From positions 64,001 to 128,000 of the forward strand of contig CAWJIM010000021.1 of NCBI GenBank assembly GCA_963842945.1: DNA of 64,000 bases, given 5' to 3'. The position numbers and the translations under genes are program-made. The stretch is from an uncultured Gemmatimonadales bacterium (GTDB taxonomy: Bacteria > Gemmatimonadota > Gemmatimonadetes > Gemmatimonadales > GWC2-71-9). This document shows positions 59,186 to 64,000 of the stretch, in pieces. The stretch's first letter is position 1; the number at the start of each line of letters is the position of its first letter. The notes below the pieces were generated by a model, which was not told the DNA's origin, searched no databases, and saw nothing but the letters and a program-made list of their open reading frames with translations.

Positions 59186-59812
59186 ATGACCAACCCGGGG
59201 AACGGCGAGCGAGTAGGTCCACCGCCGCCGACACAGGGGGCTGACCGCTCAAGGCAGGGTTCTCTGCCCAATGCGGATGCGCGGACGACCCTCGAGATCT
59301 CCGGAACAACCTTGCTGGTCGTGGACGATGATCCGTCCTTCCGCCGAGCACTGCGGAGACTGCTGGAGCTGGAGCTAATCTCCGTTATCGAGGCCAACGA
59401 CGGCGAGCGGGCCGTTCGGGTGATCGAGCAAGACGAGCCCCAGGTGGTCGATGCGGTCCTGACAGATCTGGCGATGCCAGCCGTTTCTGGTCCCGAATTG
59501 ATCGCGGTGCTCCAGCAGTACCGCCCTGCGTTGCCGGTCGTGGCCATGACGGGATGGGACCCGCTCCCACTCGGCCTTCCCCGTGTGCCCCTCCTGCACA
59601 AGCCATTCGAGCTGAAGGAACTGATCGAAACGCTCGGACCGCTGGTTCTCACGCCGGAAGCGACCCGGCGGCGAGCACGGCAAGCGCGCGCGGATGCGGC
59701 CGAATCGCGGTCATTGGCCGAACGGCAACTGGCGATAGCAAGAGACCAGCGGGCCAAGACCGGTGATCTCATGAAGGCCTTCATGCAGCTACGGGAGAGG
59801 ATGCGGCACTGA
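59186..59812 (+). CDS. Response regulator receiver with C-terminal coiled coil
   Basis: LVVDDD, TDLAMP, AMTG, HKPF, helical tail. Confidence 0.85.
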   Translation: MTNPGNGERVGPPPPTQGADRSRQGSLPNADARTTLEISGTTLLVVDDDPSFRRALRRLLELELISVIEANDGERAVRVIEQDEPQVVDAVLTDLAMPAVSGPELIAVLQQYRPALPVVAMTGWDPLPLGLPRVPLLHKPFELKELIETLGPLVLTPEATRRRARQARADAAESRSLAERQLAIARDQRAKTGDLMKAFMQLRERMRH

Positions 59813-59875
59813 TACAAAGCTAGCTGCCGAAAATCCAGCGCCAGGAAATTTTGGTAGTGTCCTTGTGCTGTCCCC

Positions 59876-60073
59876 TCAGCGGCTTACAGAAACTTCCTCA
59901 GCGGCCTTGGTCCCAGGGATCGGGGGGAGTGGATGCCACGCATCAGAATGGGACCCGATGGTGTAGGTGTAGACCGATCCATCCTCGCACACCACGACCA
60001 TTGGCGTGAGCAATACCTTCAGGTCAGAGCGTTCAGAATCGAGCTTGAGTACAGTGTGTGGCTTAGTGGTCAT
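59876..60073 (-). CDS. Small hypothetical protein (65 aa)
   Basis: GGAGG RBS; VVCEDGSVY..WHPLPPIPGT. Confidence 0.5.
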   Translation of the reverse strand: MTTKPHTVLKLDSERSDLKVLLTPMVVVCEDGSVYTYTIGSHSDAWHPLPPIPGTKAAEEVSVSR

Positions 60074-60135
60074 TTTTGGTTTCCTCCCGATAGACCATAG
60101 CATTGTGAGGTGCCGAGATCGGCCGCGATCAGCGA

Positions 60136-60499
60136 TTATGTACTGCCGGCCGTGATGCCTCGATGACCTTCGGCGAGCACTCCGCGGGAGCTGGCAGGTT
60201 CATCAGAAGGGCTGGTCGACGATGCCGCCGATGGGGACCGCGTCGCTGATCCGTGCTCCATGGTCAGAGGCAGCGCGACATAGAATGCGGCGCCGCGCTC
60301 GCCCCTGCGCTCCGCCCACAGTCTTCCGCCATGCGAGGTCACCAGTGTGCGGCAGATCGAAAGGCCCCTTGCTGTCGGGAAAAGTCAGCACCCAGGCGGT
60401 TCGCGTCGCCAGATAATAGCAAGCACCGGCGGCCAGAATCTGGAACACCGTCCGGAGAGAGAGCCCAGGCTGCCGCATCGTCTCCATCATTCGGGCCAT
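60136..60499 (-). pseudogene. Internally deleted membrane sensor kinase (MASE1-like start joined to HATPase end)
   Basis: FQILAAGACYYLATRTAWVLTFPDSK joined out of frame at ~60367 to GLSICRTLVTSHGGRLW. Confidence 0.7.
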
Positions 60500-60869
60500 T
60501 CAATCCGCTCCGAGTTGGGCGAGACTGCGTACGCGGCTGGATCATCGCCCGGCGAACCTGGCATCAACCTGTTGTAACTATCCGCATCCCGATCTTTTGG
60601 ATATCTCTGCTGATACTAATCCGTTCACGTTGGAATTCCACAGGAGTGGATCACTGCCGGTCACGGCGTTGCGGGGCCCGCTTCGGCGTGCAAGATGCGG
60701 TGATTTCAGTCAGAGTCATGGCGCACTGCGAGCCTTGACGAAGCGTTATATTGTTGGCTGTTCAGTAGTTAGTTCCCGATAGCTCGGTCATTCGCGCCGG
60801 CGTGCCTATCGCGATCGACCTATAAAACGCTCGCTCCTTATGCACCTCCCACCCCAGAGTAGGTGTCCC

Positions 60870-61277
60870 GTGAATCCCACCGCGTCTCAGCTCCTCACGC
60901 TCACGGTGTTGGTAGTCGACGATGACGACGCTGTTCGGCGCATTATGGCTCGAGGGTTGGAGCAGGCGGGATTTCGCGTCCTGACTGCAGGGAATGGGGT
61001 AGACGCCCTGACGGCGCTGGAGCAGTCCGGCCAAGAAGTGCATCTCGTGGTCTGCGATCTGCTGTTGCCCCAACTCGATGGTTATCAGCTCGCCCACCGT
61101 CTGGCGGCATTACCCAGCGCTCCGGAAATCATCTATCTGTCACCCTTCCGCTCCGACCTGGAACTTGACCACCCGGTACTTGCTAAGCCCTTCCATCTCG
61201 ACGACCTCAGTGCCGCGGCCCAACGCATCTTACAGAAACGATGGGGAGACGAAGTGACCGTCGGGTCTCCGAAGTAA
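60870..61277 (+). CDS. Single-domain response regulator
   Basis: VLVVDDD, CDLLLP, LAKPF. Confidence 0.85.
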   Translation: MNPTASQLLTLTVLVVDDDDAVRRIMARGLEQAGFRVLTAGNGVDALTALEQSGQEVHLVVCDLLLPQLDGYQLAHRLAALPSAPEIIYLSPFRSDLELDHPVLAKPFHLDDLSAAAQRILQKRWGDEVTVGSPK

Positions 61278-61445
61278 CCGAAGCGCCCCCCGTCAGAACG
61301 TCTTCTGCCCCGTCATCGCTACATCTACAAGGGGTTGCCGGGACTCGCCGATACTGAAACCGACACTCCCAAGAGCCACCTCACCTTTGGAGTAGGCCGG
61401 TACCGTTAGGCGCTTCGATGCCGTCGCCCGTCTTCGACTGGTAGC

Positions 61446-62408
61446 TTACTCGCCAGCGCATGCTCCGGCACCGCCCATTACTCCTCGGCAATCCCGTCTT
61501 CGCTCCTGCGCCGCAAGCCTGGTCTGACACGATGGCTCCCCATAGCGGAGCTCGAGCGGCCGCTTGACCCGCTCGGCCAGCGCTCGGAGGTCGGCTCGAT
61601 CGCGCGGGATGGTCTCGTGGCCGCGGCCTCCCGGTTCAACCACCCCAGTGGCGGTCTTGGTAATACCGGCGAACACATTCACCGTTCCGCGCATCACCTG
61701 CCACTGGTCACTGGAGACCGCAATGCGAGTTTGCCGGAGGTCCGGTCTGCCGAGCACTGCAAACACCGCCGACAGGAACCCCAGGGGCCGGACGGAGATC
61801 CCGCGGACCTGGTCGAGAACCAGGAGATCCCCATACTGCAGCACCTTGAGCCGAACCACGCGCTGGTTGTATACCTCCACGGGCGGGCGTGAGAGCGTAT
61901 CCCGGTAGCTGAACTCCGATGGTGCCTCACCGGTGTCGGGCCAAAACAGAGTCACATCAAGAGCGGTAAGCGGGACCGGGCCCGCTTTGACCCGCTCCAC
62001 TACGTGAGACCCATAGTCGACCAGCGCATTCCGGCGATGCTCAAAGCTGGCCCGCGCAGCCTTGGACATCTCCGCGTAGGACACGCCCGCCGTCTGAAGG
62101 TGCGCGGCGAACCAGTCGTCATAGTTGATCTGGAGGTGCGTACTGCCGGGAGCCTGCTGCTTGCGGCGTTGGACGATCGCCAGGAGTGCCTCGCCGGCAA
62201 AGCGGATCGAGGTAGTGATGCTGGTGAGGCTATACGCGCCGTGCCTACCCATGGCCTGAAGGATCTCTTTCCGAGAAACCTGGTATGGCTTCGGGCAGCC
62301 CTCCGTTTCCTGGACGCCCACTCTGGGCGTCTCCGCTGATAGGGAGTCAACGATGACCGTGGAAACGAAGATGAGGAGAGGAAGCACCCTGATCCGTGTC
62401 ATTATCAC
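61446..62408 (-). CDS. Exported hypothetical protein
   Basis: Signal peptide, long ORF, Cys near both ends; no family recognised. Confidence 0.6.
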   Translation of the reverse strand: MIMTRIRVLPLLIFVSTVIVDSLSAETPRVGVQETEGCPKPYQVSRKEILQAMGRHGAYSLTSITTSIRFAGEALLAIVQRRKQQAPGSTHLQINYDDWFAAHLQTAGVSYAEMSKAARASFEHRRNALVDYGSHVVERVKAGPVPLTALDVTLFWPDTGEAPSEFSYRDTLSRPPVEVYNQRVVRLKVLQYGDLLVLDQVRGISVRPLGFLSAVFAVLGRPDLRQTRIAVSSDQWQVMRGTVNVFAGITKTATGVVEPGGRGHETIPRDRADLRALAERVKRPLELRYGEPSCQTRLAAQERRRDCRGVMGGAGACAGE

Positions 62409-62472
62409 ATCGAGACAATTGAGTGTGACGCGCGTGGCTGGTGCAGATCCCAGGCCAGGCTAGAGTATAAGC

Positions 62473-63918
62473 GTGCAACGCCGCGTCGGAGCCGTTCTCG
62501 CCCCCGCAGTCTTTCTGCTGTTCCTCATCCTTCCGCTGGAAGGACTCTCGCCTCCGGCCCACCGCCTTGCCGCGGTGCTGGCCGCGGTCGTGGTCCTCTG
62601 GGTAACCGAGGCGCTGCCCCTCCCGGTCACGGCATTACTGGGCGCTTCTGCCTGCGTCGTGCTTCAGGTCGCCCCCGCCAAGGAGGTTTTCGCCCCGTTC
62701 GCCGACCCGCTGATGTTCCTCTTCATCGGCGCCTTCATCCTGGCCCGCGCCATCTTCATCCATGGGCTCGACCGCCGGGTGGCGTACGCCGTCCTGTCCC
62801 TTCCCTGGGTTGCGGCGCGGCCCAGCCGGATCCTGCTCGCCTTCGGCGCCGTCACCGCGCTCATCTCCTGGTGGATCTCCAACACTGCAACCACGGCCAT
62901 GATGTTCGGGATCGGACTGTCCATCCTCGCCGCGATGCGCGGGTCTCAATCCGGCTCCATCGACCCCCGCTACCCGACGGCGCTCATGCTGATGACCTCG
63001 TTCGCCGCGTCGATCGGAGGTCTGGCCACCCCGGTCGGCACGCCACCCAATGTGATCGGGATCGGCTTCATCCGCTCCCAGCTGGGCGTGGACATCAGCT
63101 TCCTCCAATGGATGCTGATCGGGGTTCCCGCCGTGCTGCTGCTGTTCGGGATCCTCTATGTCTTCCTCAATGCCGCGGCGCCGGCCGGCGTGGGCGAGCT
63201 GCCCACCGGGGCCGCGACGATCCGCCGGGAGCGGGAGCTGCTGGGGCCCTGGACCCGGGGACAGCGCTCCGTCGCCATCGCATTTGGGGTGACGGTGGCT
63301 CTGTGGGTGATCCCGGGAGTGGTGGCCGTAGCCGCGGGAGAAGGGAGCCCGGCCTATCGAGCTCTGACGCAGAGTCTGCCGGAGGGAGTCGCCGCGCTGC
63401 TCGGTGCCATGCTGCTGTTCGTTCTGCCCGGCGATGAGGGACGGGCGATCTCCTGGAAGGAGGCGGTGCAGATCGATTGGGGCGTGGTGCTGCTCTATGG
63501 CGGCGGCTTCGCCCTGGGCGTGCTCTCTTTTCAGACCGGGCTGGCCGAGTCACTCGGCCGGGGACTGACCGGCCTGCTGCCGATCGAAGGGAGCTTTGGC
63601 CTGCTGACAGCATCGGTCATCGCCGCGGTGGTCCTCTCGGAGACGACATCGAACACCGCCTCGGCCAACATGATAGTCCCGGTTGTCATCGCGATCGCCC
63701 GGGCAGCGGGGCTGGATCCGTTCGAGCCGGCGCTGGGCGCCACCATGGCCGCGAGCCTGGGGTTCATGCTGCCGGTATCCACGCCCTGCAACGCCATCGT
63801 CTATGGCTCGGGATTAATTCCGCTGGGGCGGATGATTCGATACGGATTGGTGTTGGATGTGGCTGGAATAGTGGTGATTGTGAGCCTGGTGAGATTCTTG
63901 GGGCCACTCTTGCGGTAG
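62473..63918 (+). CDS. DASS/SLC13 family anion symporter
   Basis: WVTEALP, SWWISNTATT, TPVGTPPN, SETTSNTA, FMLPVSTPCNAI. Confidence 0.93.
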   Translation: MQRRVGAVLAPAVFLLFLILPLEGLSPPAHRLAAVLAAVVVLWVTEALPLPVTALLGASACVVLQVAPAKEVFAPFADPLMFLFIGAFILARAIFIHGLDRRVAYAVLSLPWVAARPSRILLAFGAVTALISWWISNTATTAMMFGIGLSILAAMRGSQSGSIDPRYPTALMLMTSFAASIGGLATPVGTPPNVIGIGFIRSQLGVDISFLQWMLIGVPAVLLLFGILYVFLNAAAPAGVGELPTGAATIRRERELLGPWTRGQRSVAIAFGVTVALWVIPGVVAVAAGEGSPAYRALTQSLPEGVAALLGAMLLFVLPGDEGRAISWKEAVQIDWGVVLLYGGGFALGVLSFQTGLAESLGRGLTGLLPIEGSFGLLTASVIAAVVLSETTSNTASANMIVPVVIAIARAAGLDPFEPALGATMAASLGFMLPVSTPCNAIVYGSGLIPLGRMIRYGLVLDVAGIVVIVSLVRFLGPLLR

Positions 63919-64000
63919 CGTCGGTCCCGACTCCCACGCCGACCCCTCCTGTAAGAATTGACAGTCAGCTCATCACTCCTGGTCGCTAAACCGGGTTCGT

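Noticed and set aside
1..64000. CRISPR array, rRNA, transposase, integrase or prophage structural genes; long antisense ORFs such as 1966..3159, 4027..5448, 30276..31649 and 43202..44809
   Set aside because: No repeat-spacer array or such genes seen by eye. The long antisense ORFs are shadows of real genes in high-GC DNA

Overview
GC-rich (roughly mid-60s %, by eye) diderm bacterial DNA. The gene repertoire and lipoprotein style suggest Gemmatimonadota (inference). Many genes between about 4.8 and 37.5 kb are split by 1-nt frameshifts, most likely unpolished long-read indels, so I reconstructed several proteins by hand across frames. Contents in order: mltD-like fragment, ilvE and a DHA2 exporter; a DUF2946-like leader + TonB-dependent receptor + His-rich lipoprotein metal-uptake unit; a receiver-only two-component pair and a PLP decarboxylase; a CBS/USP/Hsp20 stress cluster. 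The main find is a four-gene porin-cytochrome operon (17.1-23.8 kb): a 9-heme lipoprotein, a membrane-anchored NapC/NirT-like ~20-heme protein, a beta-barrel and a ~16-heme cytochrome, about 45 heme motifs in total. It looks like a self-contained quinol-to-surface electron conduit. A Cys-type (System I*-like) ccmEFH locus lies nearby, directly behind a circularly permuted ATP-grasp ligase. A TTCA-N7-TTCA direct repeat recurs in seven promoter positions across 7.9-24.1 kb. Further right: a c-di-GMP-I riboswitch ahead of a copper radical oxidase lipoprotein, two lipoproteins sharing a duplicated C-terminal Kelch cassette, a PAS hybrid kinase, an orphan LEERIAP RiPP-precursor-like peptide and tRNA-Lys(TTT). 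The mosaic region after the tRNA holds gene remnants, inverted duplications, a ceramidase cluster and a second, variant c-di-GMP-I-like RNA.
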